From Eledone cirrhosa (Eukaryota): 64,000 nt of DNA. The stretch is taken from the NCBI GenBank assembly GCA_964016885.1, contig OZ024756.1:10850001-10914000 (forward strand). Direction: 5' to 3'. Below the pieces are notes generated by a model. The model saw nothing but the letters and a program-made list of their open reading frames with translations. It made no database searches and had not been told where the DNA came from. This document shows, one piece after another, positions 51,947 through 64,000 of this stretch (positions within the stretch are counted from its first letter, which is position 1; the number at the start of each line of letters is the position of its first letter). The position numbers were made by a program, and so were the translations under genes.

Positions 51947-52510
51947 ATGGGCCTTCTCTCTATATCAGCCTGTAGGTTGAGGAAAAAGAGGAGGAGAGGA
52001 AAGGAGTACAAACTCTTTGTACTCCTGGAGATGAGGGTTGCACATTTTTTCGGGGGTATGTGTTACCCATATAAACTGTCTCCCTCTATTGGGGAAAATC
52101 GACTAACTTTTAAATTCCATCTGTGATAACATTTTACACGTTTTTATTGTATGTAAACTTCCCCCTTTGTATTTGTCCCCTTCTTTTGTGCCCCTGTGGC
52201 TAATAAAGAAATATATCTATCTATCTATCTATCTATCTATGGGCCTTCTCTCTATATCAGCCTGTAGGTTGAGGAAAAAGAGGAGGAGAGGAAAGGAGTA
52301 CAAACTCTTTGTACTCCTGGAGATGAGGGTTGCACATTTTTTTTCGGGGGTATGTGTTACCCATATGTAATGTCTCCCCCTATTGGGGAAAATCGATTAA
52401 TTTTTAAATTGCATTTGTGATAATATTTTACATGTTTTTATTGTATGTAAACTTCCCCCTTTGTATTTGTCACCTTCTTTTGTGCCCCTGTGGCTAATAA
52501 AGAAACATAT
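51947..52510 (+). mobile_element. Two tandem ~265-bp 3'-end copies of a related Tx1-like subfamily
   Basis: Both start ATGGGCCTTCTCTCTATATCAGCCTGTAG (end of ORF2) and end GGCTAATAAAGAAA+(ATCT). Confidence 0.85.
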
Positions 52511-52656
52511 CTATATATATATATATAAATGAAAGAAAATATAAAAATTAATGCGAGCAAGAAGCAAACAGTATTTCATAATATATAAGTGACTATAACG
52601 TCAAAATGGAAAATAATTAATGTAAGATATATATATATATAGTTTTAATATAAATG

Positions 52657-52707
52657 AGATTCTACAGGACTAGAACTGTTTCATTGTTTAGAAATCATCA
52701 GGAATCT
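52657..52707 (-). ncRNA. Type I hammerhead motif
   Basis: Stem I AGAUUC/GAAUCU, CUGAUGA, weak stem II, GAA, stem III ACAG/CUGU, GUA cleavage triplet. Confidence 0.62.
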
Positions 52708-53149
52708 GGCTGTCCAAAATAAATGTTGTGGTATTTATATCTTTTCTGGTGGTAGGAGAGGGTGGTGAGTGGGATGGGTGGAAGTCATGGGTTGAAAGAA
52801 AAGGGAATTCATTTAAGGCTATAATTTATATTTAGTATGTATATATATATATATATGTGTATATGTATATATGTATATATATATATATATATGTGTATAT
52901 ATATATATATATATCATCATCATCATCATCGTTTTTAACGTCCATCTTCCACGCTTGCATGGGTTTGGACGGGAGTTTTCCCACTTGAGGCAAGAGTGGT
53001 TGTCTTGCTCGCATAGGACTGTCTGGCGGGTTTTCTACGGCTGGATGCCCTTCCTAACACCAAATATATATATATGTGTCTGTATATATATATATATGTC
53101 TGTATATATGTACTGCCATTTAATTTTATTGCTATGTCTGAACTCTGTT

Positions 53150-55045
53150 AGAGGTGTGTGTCCATCTAGCTGAGGTGTGCTGTGTGTCGACCTAGCTGTG
53201 GTGTGGTGTGGTGTGTGTCCACCTAGCTGTGGTGTGGTATGGTGTATGTCCACCTAGTTGTGGTGTGGTGTGGTGTATGTCCACCTAGCTGTGGTGTGGT
53301 GTGTCCATCTAGCTGTGGTGTGGTTTGTGTCCACATAGCTGTGCTGTGGTGTGTCCATCTAGATGTGGTGTGGTGTGTCCACCTAGCTGTGGTGTGGTAT
53401 GGTGTATGTCCACCTAGCTGTGGTGTGGTGTGGTGTATGTCCACCTAGCCGTGGTGTGGTGTGTTCATCTAGCTGTGGTGTGGTTTGTGTCCACATAGCT
53501 GTGGTGTGGTGTGTCCATCTAGCTGTGGTGTGGAGTGTGTCCATCTAGCTGTGGTGTGGTATGTGTCCATCTAGATGTGGTTTGGTGTGGTGTGGTGTGC
53601 CCATCTAGCTGTGGTATGGGGTATGTCCATCTAGCTGTGGTGTTGTGTGGTGTGTATCCATCTGGCTGTAGTGTGGTATGGTGTGGTGTGTCCATCTGGC
53701 TGTGGTGTGGTGTGTGTCCATCTAGCTGTGGTGTGGGGTGTGTCCATCTAGCTGTGGTGTGGGGTGTGTCCATATAGCTGTGGTGTGGTGTGTCCATCTA
53801 GCTGTGGTGTGGTGTGTTGTGTCCATCTAGCTGTGGTGTGGTGTGTTGTGTCCATCTAGCTGTGGTGTGGTGTGCTGTGGTGTGTCCATCTGGCTGTGGT
53901 GTGGTGTGTGTCCCCATATATCTGTGGTGTGGTGTGGTGTGTCCACCTAGCTGTGGTGTGATGTGGGGTGGTGTGTCCACCTAGTTGTGGTGTGGTGTGT
54001 GTCCCCATATATCTGTGGTGTGGTGTGTCCACCTAGCTGTGGTGTGATGTGGGGTGGTGTGTCCACCTAGCTGTGGTGTGGTGTGGTGTGTTGTGTCCAT
54101 CTAGCTGTGGTGTGGTGTGGCGTGTTGTGTCCATCTAGCTGTGGTGTTGTGTGGTGTGTATCCATCTGGCTGTAGTGTGGTATGGTGTGGTGTGTCCATC
54201 TGGCTGTGGTGTGGTGTGTGTCCATCTAGCTGTGGTGTGGGGTGTGTCCATCTAGCTGTGGTGTGGGGTGTGTCCATATAGCTGTGGTGTGGTGTGTCCA
54301 TCTAGCTGTGGTGTGGTGTGTTGTGTCCATCTAGCTGTGGTGTGGTGTGTTGTGTCCATCTAGCTGTGGTGTGGTGTGCTGTGGTGTGTCCATCTGGCTG
54401 TGGTGTGGTGTGTGTCCCCATATATCTGTGGTGTGGTGTGGTGTGTCCACCTAGCTGTGGTGTGATGTGGGGTGGTGTGTCCACCTAGTTGTGGTGTGGT
54501 GTGTGTCCCCATATATCTGTGGTGTGGTGTGGTGTGTCCACCTAGCTGTGGTGTGATGTGGGGTGGTGTGTCCACCTAGCTGTGGTGTGGTGTGGTGTGT
54601 TGTGTCCATCTAGCTGTGGTGTGGTGTGGCGTGTTGTGTCCATCTAGCTGTGGTGTTGTGTGGTGTGTATCCATCTGGCTGTAGTGTGGTATGGTGTGGT
54701 GTGTCCATCTGGCTGTGGTGTGGTGTGTGTCCATCTAGCTGTGGTGTGGGGTGTGTCCATCTAGCTGTGGTGTGGGGTGTGTCCATCTAGCTGTGGTGTG
54801 GGGTGTGTCCATATAGCTGTGGTGTGGTGTGTCCATCTAGCTGTGGTGTGGTGTGTTGTGTCCATCTAGCTGTGGTGTGGTGTGCTGTGGTGTGTCCATC
54901 TGGCTGTGGTGTGGTGTGTGTCCCCATATATCTGTGGTGTGGTGTGGTGTGTCCACCTAGCTGTGGTGTGATGTGGGGTGGTGTGTCCACCTAGTTGTGG
55001 TGTGGTGTGGTGTGGGGTGGTGTGGGGTGGTGTGTCCATCTAGAT
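53150..55045. repeat. GT-rich minisatellite (GTCCATCTAGCTGTGGTGTGGTGT variants) with ~500-bp block duplications
   Basis: Direct inspection. Identical ORF peptides at 53798 and 54302. Confidence 0.93.
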
Positions 55046-55359
55046 GGATATTTCACTGTTTTCTTTTCATTCCTCTCCAATGTTTGTATTTCATGTCCAA
55101 TTAATCAGTCAGGCCACTTTTTAGAACAGTCAACAGGCTAGAGACAATGGATACAGATACAACAGCAACAGCAACAACAGCATCATGGCATACACCAACA
55201 ACAACAACAACAACAACAACAGCATCATGGCATACAACAACAACAGCATGCAACAACAACATATATATGTGTATATCTTCCAAATTTGGTATGGTTTCTA
55301 TAACTACAGGACCTTCCTAACACCAACATTCTGACGAAATATCTGGGGCGAGCGGAGGT

Positions 55360-56937
55360 TATTGTGACACCAGCACTACCACCTCACAGACGAGACATGT
55401 TACATTGTATTGTGACACCAGCACTACCACTTCACAGACGAGACATGTTACATTGTATTGTGACACCAGCACTACCACCTCACAGATGAGACATGTTACA
55501 TTATATTGTGACACCAGCACTACCACCTCACAGACGAGACATGTTACATTGTATTGTGACACCAGCACTACCACCTCACAGATGAGACATGTTACATTGT
55601 ATTGTGACACCAGCACTACCACCTCACAGATGAGACATGTTACATTGTATTGTGACACCAGCACTACCACCTCACAGATGAGACATGTTACATTGTATTG
55701 TGACACCAGCACTACCACCTCACAGATGAGACATGTTACATTGTATTGACACCAGCACTACCACCTCACAGACGAGACATGTTACATTGTATTGTGACAC
55801 CAGCACTACCACCTCACAGATGAGACATGTTACATTATATTGTGACACCAGCACTACCACCTCACAGACTAGACATGTTACATTAGATTGTGACACCAGC
55901 ACTACCACCTCACAGACGAGACATGTTACATTGTATTGTGACACCAGTACTACCACCTCACAGACGAGACATGTTACATTATATTGTGACACCAGTACTA
56001 CTACCTCACAGATGACACATGTTACATTGTATTGTGACACCAGCACTACCACCTCATAGACGAGACATGTTACATTGTATTGTGACACCAGTACTACCAC
56101 CTCACAGACGAGACATGTTACATTATATTGTGACACCAGTACTACCACCTCACAGACGAGACATGTTACATTGTATTGTGACACCAGCACTACCACCTCA
56201 CAGACTGGACATGTTACATTATATTGTGACACCAGCACTACCACCTCACAGACTAAACATGCTACATTATATTGTGACACCAGCACTACCACCTCACAGA
56301 CGAGACATGTTACATTATATTGTGACACCAGCACTACCACCTCACAGACTAAACATGCTACATTATATTGTGACACCAGCACTACCACCTCACAGACGAG
56401 ACATGTTATATTATAATGTGACACCAGCACTACCACCTCACAGACTAAACATGCTACATTATATTGTGACACCAGCACTACCACCTCACAGACTGGACAT
56501 GTTACATTATATTGTGACACCAGCACTACCACCTCACAGACTAAACATGCTACATTATATTGTGACACCAGCACTACCACCTCACAGACTGGACATGTTA
56601 CATTGTATTGTGACACCAGCACTACCACCTCACAGACTAAACATGCTACATTATATTGTGACACCAGCACTACCACCTCACAGACTAAACATGCTACATT
56701 ATATTGTGACACCAGCACTACCACCTCACAGACTAAACATGCTACATTATATTGTGACACCAGCACTACCACCTCACAGACGAGACATGTTACATTATAT
56801 TGTGACACCAGGACTATGATCTCACAGATGAGACATGTTACTTTATATTGTGACACCAGCACTACCACCTCACAGATGAGACATGTTACATTGTATTGTG
56901 ACACCAGCACTACCACCTCACAGACTAGACATGTTAC
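55360..56937. repeat. 48-bp minisatellite (TATTGTGACACCAGCACTACCACCTCACAGACGAGACATGTTACATTG), ~33 copies
   Basis: 16-aa periodicity in the ORF track, contiguous units. Confidence 0.96.
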
Positions 56938-57329
56938 AGTGGATTGGCAGTATCGGTAGAGGGTCGGACGCCATGCTTTGACGCATAGAGTTATGGTCCT
57001 TGCCATTCTGAGTTCAAATACCGCCGAGGTTAACTTTGCCTTTCATCTTTACGGGGTCGATAAAATAAAGTATGTGTCTGTAAATTAAAGGTGGAAAACT
57101 GGGAGAGGGCACTTTCCCTGGTGGTCAGTGTCACTGTGGCCTTTTAATGGGCTTTCAACACAAATGTCCCTCCAAAGTCTCCCCCCTATTGGGGAATTTT
57201 TCATTGTTATTTTTATTACATCCTCTGTTTTTGTTTTTTTACACGCAGAAATGCCCATTTGTACCGTTCTGTATTGTCCTGTACTGTCCTTAATGTCTAC
57301 TTTATGTAAACCCTTGTGGTTAATAAAGA

Positions 57330-57332
<3 letters not shown>
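56938..57332 (+). mobile_element. Partial SINE A (56938-57072) fused to the 3' UTR of the (TAT)-tailed Tx1-like element (57077-57332)
   Basis: The Tx1 part is roughly 90% similar by eye to the reverse complement of 4220-4490. Confidence 0.82.
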
Positions 57333-57360
<28 letters not shown>

Positions 57361-57996
57361 CTTTGAGTCTCAGTCATTGATGTTTGTTAACTGGAAAGTT
57401 TGTTGAAATGAATATCAAGCCACTACCTGCAGCCTCAGATATTCAGGACGTATCGGAGAGTTCTTGCTGTTCCCAGCAAGCATGCCTTTTGAAGTGTTCC
57501 AAAAAGCGGGGCGGGGCCAATTTTCTTTAACCATCCCTGGAAACTTTTTGAGATAGTACCTAGTGCGCCTATGACAATCAGGACCACTTTGACTTCATGG
57601 CAGTTCCAAATCCTTTTTACCTCCCACTTTAAGTCCTGGTATCGGTTAATTTTCTCCCTCTCCTTCTCTTGCACTCTCGTGTTGAATGGGCAGGCCACAT
57701 CCACAATCAGGCACAATCTTTTTTCCTTGTCCAAAACCACCAGGTCAGGTCTATTGTGTTCCAGTTTCTTGTCCGTCTGTATCCTAAAATCCCACAGCAC
57801 CTTCACCTGATCGTTTTCTATCACCGACTCTGGCTTATGCTCATGCCACTTCTCAGAATGTGGTAAATTGTTTACTTTGCATAGGTGCTAGTGGATCACC
57901 CTGCCCATCACATCATGTCTCCAGCCCTTATAGTGAGTCTGGGCTAGGTGTTTACACTCGGATACAATGTGAGCCACAGTCTCCTCTCTCTCTCTC

Positions 57997-57997
<1 letters not shown>
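57361..57997 (-). mobile_element. 5'-truncated Dong/R4-like copy (RLE domain + 3' UTR) in (TAA)n
   Basis: ORF 57435-57824 is homologous to 3700-4100, with TAA repeats at both ends. Confidence 0.9.
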
Positions 57998-58045
<48 letters not shown>

Positions 58046-58203
58046 ATAATTGTTTCTACTTTTGGTACAAGGCCAGCAATTATCCCAATAAAGCACCAGT
58101 AATACACTGGGATAATTGTTGGCCTTGTACCAAAAGTAAAAACAATTATTATTATTATTATTATTGTCCCCTACATGTCGGCCCTTGTGGCTAATAAATG
58201 AAA

Positions 58204-58259
<56 letters not shown>

Positions 58260-58858
58260 CTGGAGTATATAGTATTGTTGTTTAGTTCAATATCAGCCAT
58301 ATTAAACAGACATAGGTGTTCCAACTGTGATTATATCACAGGGGGATGTGTGTGAGGTGGGGAGCTATCTTTGTCAACCCAATTGATTTATGTCTCAAAG
58401 CTTGACAACATCTCTAAAGAAAACACTGCCATAGTGTTTAACAATAGAAGGCAGCAGATTTCAATCATATTTCTTTGAATTGAGCAAATTTTTATGTTTT
58501 TCTCTTAATAAAAGTTATATAGTATTTACATAGGAGTCTAGTTTTTATTCCACAGTCATTATTGCCTGACAATCAGATCTAGGGAAACCATTAAACATGT
58601 TTAGGGTATCAAGAAAAGTAGAAACCATTATAGAGGACCAGGCCCCATAATCTTTTATTGGTTAGAACTTAAACAGGACTTAATCTGGTTCTACTGACTT
58701 CTTGTCAGATAGCTATGTAACTGACTGTTATATATAATTATTGAATGAGCCAGACTACTTATAGATTACATATGTAACAGACTGTTAAAATTATTGAATA
58801 AGACAGTATTGTGACCCAAACTTGGAAAAAGTAGAAACAATTATTTTTAACTTTTTAT

Positions 58859-59477
58859 GGCGGTGGATTGGCAGTATTGGCAGAGGGTCGGACGCCATGC
58901 TTTGACGCATAGAGTTACGGCCCTTGCCATTCTGAGTTCAAATCCCGCCGAGGTTAACTTTGCCTTTCATCCTTACGGGGTCGATAAAATAAAGTACCGG
59001 TAATACACTGGGATAATTGCTGGCCTTGTGCCAAAAGTAGAAACAATTATTTTTAACTTTTTTGCAGCATAGAGTTACGCCTCTTTACGATCTGAGTTCA
59101 AATCCTACCGAGGTTAACTTTGCCTTTCATCCTTACGGGGTCGATAAAATAAAGTACCAGTCACGCACTGGGGTCGATTTAATCAACTTTTCTCTCCCTC
59201 CCAAATTACTGGCCTTGTGCCTATATAAGAAACCATTATTTTAAACTTTTAATGTACTCAATACCAGAGTAGAGTTTTAATATTCAGTGGATTGGCAGTA
59301 TCGGTAGAGGGTCGGACGCCATGCTTTGCAGTAAAGAGTTACGGCCCTTTATGGTCTGAGTTCAAATCCCGCTGAGGTTAACTTTGCCTTTCATCCTTAC
59401 AGGGTCGATAAAATAAAGTACCAGTAATGTACTGGGAAATTGCTGACCTTGTGCCTAAAGTAGAAACAATTATTATT
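58859..59477 (+). mobile_element. Cluster of three SINE A copies (58859-59050, 59066-59240, 59287-59477)
   Basis: Shared A/B boxes, core and tail. Confidence 0.88.
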
Positions 59478-59579
59478 AAGGCTAAAAAGAGAGCCTTGTA
59501 ACCCTGGAGTTTCACCTGCCTGATGACCATAAACAGGTGAAACTCCAGAGTAACAAGACTCTCATTTTAGCCTTGATCC

Positions 59580-60238
59580 TCATCATCATCATCATCATCA
59601 TCACCGTTTTACGTCCGTTCTTCCACGCTAGCATGGGTTATACGGGTTGTCCTGTTGTGGGCAATGTCCGGTCGGCTGACCATGCCTTGCTCATACAGGA
59701 ACAGATTCTGGCTTGATTTCTACAGCTGGATGCCCTTCTTAACACCAACCTCATTTACAGTGTGGGCTGGGTGCTTTTTTGCCATGGCACCTCCACGACC
59801 ACTTTGCAGTGGGAGGGTGTGGGGGCATATTGTCTATATGCTTCAGCTTTAGCTTGTACCCGTGGGGGGCCGGGACTTCTGTATTTCTGCATGACGCCAG
59901 AGGTCACGGTCGTGTATCATCGCCCTTGAGAGGTGTAATTGGGTAAGATCGGCTTTTATCACCTCATCCCAGGTCTTCTTGGGTCTCCCCACTCTGCGGT
60001 TTCCATCGACTTCTAGTGCTCTGCACCTTTTTATGCAGCTGTCATCCTTCATACGCATCACATGTCCATACCAACGCAACCACCTCTCCTGCAAACAGCA
60101 TTTGATTCCTCTTATGCTCAGTCTCTCTCTCAATTCATTTATGCTTTGCCATTCGCGTATATTACTGTTACACATCCATCGGAGCATGCAGGCTTTGTTT
60201 CTTTCTAATCTACGCAAGTCTTCCACAGACAGCACCTT
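59580..60238 (-). mobile_element. 5'-truncated, diverged copy of the RTE element
   Basis: ORF 59849-60274 is homologous to the RTE C-terminus, (CAT)n at the 3' end. Confidence 0.9.
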
Positions 60239-60462
60239 GATAATAATGAATATATATATATATATATTATTCAATTGATGAAAGCTGGTTGATCATATAA
60301 TCCACCAACTTTTTTGTAAACAGGCATAAAGCACTCTACTATTTGTATTCCTGAGGACTTTCTTGGTATTGTATCAATAGGAGTTTCAATATTATGAATA
60401 AGAGAGACGGTTTTATTTGTACATCTTTTCATTACATAATAAAAACTATCTCTCTTATTCAT

Positions 60463-60650
60463 CTGGATTGGCAGTATCGGTAGAGAGTCGGACGCCGTGC
60501 TTTGACGCAAAGAGTTATGGCCTTTTCCATTCTGAGTTCAAATCCCACCGAGGTTAACTTTGCCTTTCATCCTTACGGGGGCGTTAAAATAAAGTACCAG
60601 TAATACACTGGGTAATTGCTGGCCTTGTGCCAAAAGTAGAAACAATTATC
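60463..60650 (+). mobile_element. SINE family A
   Basis: Same consensus as other copies. Confidence 0.87.
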
Positions 60651-60967
60651 ATTATATATATCATGTTATCATTACACATTGGTCTGGCAAACCAAAAATG
60701 TACATCCTATGTACGACAATACTCCACCTTTTTACCATTCAGAGGTTTTTCAAAATCCCAACTAACAGACTAATTTTATTTAGTCATATACGGCGTAAGC
60801 ACATGTTACTACCTAATTTTCAAATTTGATAGCCGTTTGTAAACAAAGCCCACTTTGTGTCTCCCTATATATATATATATATATATATATATCATCATCA
60901 TCATCAATTAATGTCGATCTTCCATGCTAGCATGGATATATATGTATATCTATCTATCTATCTATCT

Positions 60968-61282
60968 GTGGCGAGAATGGCCCGTGTGAATGGGCCTTCA
61001 CTTTACATAAGCCTGTAGGTGGAAAAGAGGAAGGAACGAGGGAGCACCCCCTCTCTGTGCTCCTGAGGAAAAGGGTTGCACACTTTTTTCGGGGGTGTGT
61101 GCGACCCCCCAAGGCGCCTCCTCTCTATTGAGGATTTTTTTATAAATTTTATTTTTTGTTATATTTTATTTTATTTTTATATTTTGTTATTGCCTCCTCC
61201 TTATTGAGGACGCCTTTTTGTGTAAACTCCCCCTTTGTACTTGTCCCACTTTTGATGCCCTGGTGGCAAATAAAAGAAACAT
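60968..61282 (+). mobile_element. 5'-truncated Tx1-like 3' end in (ATCT)n
   Basis: Matches 51615-51930, with (ATCT)n on both sides. Confidence 0.88.
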
Positions 61283-61303
61283 ATCTATCTATCTATCTAT
61301 CTA

Positions 61304-61338
<35 letters not shown>

Positions 61339-62399
61339 TAAAATAACAGATTAAAGTTTAAGCAAAGAATCGCTGCTTTCCCCTTAACGGGATCTTCTGA
61401 AACTTACAAAGTCAATCTGTAAACGCAGAAGTGGATATTTCAAAAAACGTTGCAACCGGAGGAAGACAGGAAGATGATACTTTGGTTCGTGGAAACATTC
61501 GCTGGCAAAGAACGGGAAAAAACGAATAAGATACGTCATTAATAAGAGCGGTGAAAAAAAATTACGCGCAAAGACAGAACCACGTTTATGGTATAAAAGA
61601 GGTTGTAAATTAATTGTTAGAGAATACAATACCAAATTCTTGAACAAATATATATTGGTTTACAATTGTTTCAGAAATCAGATCAAAATTCAGTTCTTAA
61701 AAATATAAAATTATCTATTATATAATCAATAAGAACAGATAATAAAACTGAACCAAGAACTGACCTCATCTTCAGAACTAAAAATAAAATAAACATAAAA
61801 TAAAAAAAAAACATGCCACTGATGATGGGGACTACATGAAACATGAAAGGTTACCTGTACCACTTTTCATTGGAAGGACTGAAACAGAAGTAAAATAGAT
61901 TCTAAATTCAAAGAAGTTAAACACTTAAATAATGGATGAAATATAAAACTGGAAGTAAGCAGGTCTAAATAGCAAGGGGCATAAATATGATGTAAGGGAG
62001 ACAATTTGATAAAAAGACTTAAAAACTGATTCCTAATGGAAGACTTAAAAACTGGTTTCTATATGTTGATATACTAAGGAGATATTTAAGAAAGGATGAG
62101 AAGTGTTACTAGTATTTATTTCGGTAGAATGTTAAATATACGTGTGAAAGGAAATAGAGTGAACTTTTACTGAAGAGAGTTATTATGAGAGGAATTATTA
62201 AGAATAAAATAATTAGAGGAACTAATGTATATTTTGACAGATGGAGCAAACATAAATTATAATATATTATAAAGATAGAAGTAAAGAAAGGTATGATTAT
62301 CATATTTAATGACCAAGCTAGGTATACCAGGGTATAAGACATCAAATTATTAGACACGTGTTCCTCTAATGGTTGTGTTGAGTTTAGTAATGAAGGATG

Positions 62400-62612
62400 G
62401 TCTAAGTTAAGGAGTGATAGAGTAATGAGGGAAGGTCTAAGTTAAGGGTCATAGAGTAATGAGGGAAGGTTTAAGTTAAGGGTCATAGAGTAATGAGGGA
62501 AGGTTTAAGTTAAGGGTCATAGAGTAATGAGGGAAGGTTTAAGTTAAGGGTCATAGAGTAATGGGGGAAGGTTTAAGTTAAGGGTCATAGAGTAATGAAG
62601 GAAGGTCTAATG
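62400..62612. repeat. 34-bp tandem repeat, ~6 copies
   Basis: AAGTTAAGGGTCATAGAGTAATGAGGGAAGGTTT repeated. Confidence 0.9.
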
Positions 62613-62619
62613 TTATGAA

Positions 62620-62810
62620 AGAAGCTTCTGATAAACAGAGATCACAATGACCTTTGCAACCACTGTAAGGAGAGGGGTTTAGCTAAGATATCTAAAGAGT
62701 ATTCAGTATTTGACAGCTCCAGCTCATTAATATATCTAGCTAAAGATGTAGTAAATTTTAAATTTCTATTCTTAAAGAAATGTTTATGGGAATTAAAATG
62801 AGTCTTAAAA
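62620..62810 (-). mobile_element. Degraded PLE GIY-YIG fragment
   Basis: FKTHFNSHKHFFKNRNLKFTTSLARYINEL..Y..DIL resembles the FK.R..H..F....T.LS.Y..L region of PLE endonucleases. Confidence 0.5.
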
Positions 62811-62993
62811 CCGGGTGATGCATTATGTCCTTGAGCAAGACACTTTATTTTACATTCCTCCTGCCTGGATTGCGACCGACAGATAATATTAGCAATTGGA
62901 AAGACCAATGGAAACATTGTTTCCTCAGTCTGATTGGAGGAGCTCCACCCCACTTGTTAAGTGAGTGGGGTCTGGGATCTTGTTGATCGATAG

Positions 62994-63046
<53 letters not shown>

Positions 63047-63306
63047 TTACTTATATATGTCTGTATGTAAAATTACTGTATATGTTTCATGACAGAGTTA
63101 CCTCTCATATATCACTTCACATCATTCATGTTTTTTCTCATTTCCCTCAGCTTTCCCACAAGAGATTTTGCATAATCCCAGTCATTTGTTTGCACTCTTG
63201 TCTAAAAATATGACTAATATCCATAACTTACTCTTCTTTAGGCATTATTAGCTTATGAAACCATTGGTTACAAATGGAATATCATGTGTATGAATAATAT
63301 TAAATA

Positions 63307-64000
63307 CTAGCAGCAGTACCCAGTGTTGCCTGGGTAGGTAAAATAATATCTGCTTTGATGAAAAGGTGTTGATCTTAGCGACTGCGAGTTTCTTGAAAAT
63401 CGTTCGTAAGGTGCAGCAAATGGCGAAATGTTGAGTGAAATCGTATGGAATATGTGGGAGGTGGAACCAATCGTATTTTGAAGAGTTAAACGGCTGTCAC
63501 GCCGTCTCTGAACAAAAAATGCAAAGTGTAAAGCTACTATAAGATGTGCAATGATAGGTTCTATCGTAGTATAAAAGTTGAACCAAATAAATTGATTTAT
63601 GTGTGAGGTGGAGCCGAAGTTTCGAATTTGAATGAAATCGGTTGAAAAATTTGGGAGCTAATGATAGGTCGCCGAAAAGGCGGACATTTGAGCGAAAAGG
63701 TGGTATTTACGAATATTTAAGCGGCTGCCACGCCGTTCCTGAATAAAATAAATCCAAAATGTAAAGCCACTTTAAGACGTGAAATAATCAGATCTAGCGT
63801 AGTGTAAAATTTGAACAAAGTAGGTTGATTAATGTGGGAGCTAGAGCCGAAAAAAGGAAATTTGAGTCTAAAAGTGGTATTTTTGAATCTTTAAGCGGCT
63901 GCCACGCCGTCCCTGAACAACAAATGCAAATTATTACAGGATGTGCAATGATAAATTCTATTTTGCTTTAAAATTTGAACGAAATTGGTGGAAAAATGTG
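63307..64000 (-). mobile_element. Helitron-like non-autonomous element, 3' terminus, running off the window
   Basis: Minus strand ends CCCAG-GCAACA-CTGGG hairpin ~8 nt before CTAG|T. Internal imperfect repeats (CGGCTGYCACGCCGT at ~63491, 63722, 63896). Confidence 0.65.

Noticed and set aside
55359-57006. 16-aa repeat proteins
   Set aside because: A 48-bp minisatellite open in several frames on both strands, with no unique coding flanks.
60271-60460. Short minus-strand ORF as a host exon
   Set aside because: It starts inside a SINE and shows no recognisable homology.
61815-61900. Hammerhead at CTGATGA..GAAAC (also 9911, 30328)
   Set aside because: Core words are present but stems I/III do not pair or GAAA is missing.

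Overview
Eukaryotic, repeat-saturated genomic DNA with no confidently identifiable host gene. The (TA)n/(TAA)n/(ATG)n/(ATCT)n richness and the tRNA-derived Meta-domain and V-domain SINEs suggest an invertebrate, most likely an octopus-type cephalopod (inference). The window holds five main classes of content. (1) RLE-type Dong/R4-like non-LTR elements. (2) An intact 1039-aa RTE-clade LINE with a PHD finger. (3) A Tx1/L1-clade element with an intact ORF2 plus many truncated relatives stacked in microsatellites. (4) Several Penelope-like elements (PLEs), including two head-to-head inverted insertions and one with a long in-frame Asn-rich domain. (5) Two SINE families, a Helitron end and several mini/satellites. 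The signal not explained by the ORF track is a set of type I hammerhead-ribozyme folds, several inside fold-back palindromes. The best one (17143-17223) lies between ~110-bp direct repeats ~443 bp apart, like a retrozyme that could yield circular RNA. Most long ORFs in the track are artefacts of simple repeats. All alignments and folds were done by eye, and boundaries are approximate.
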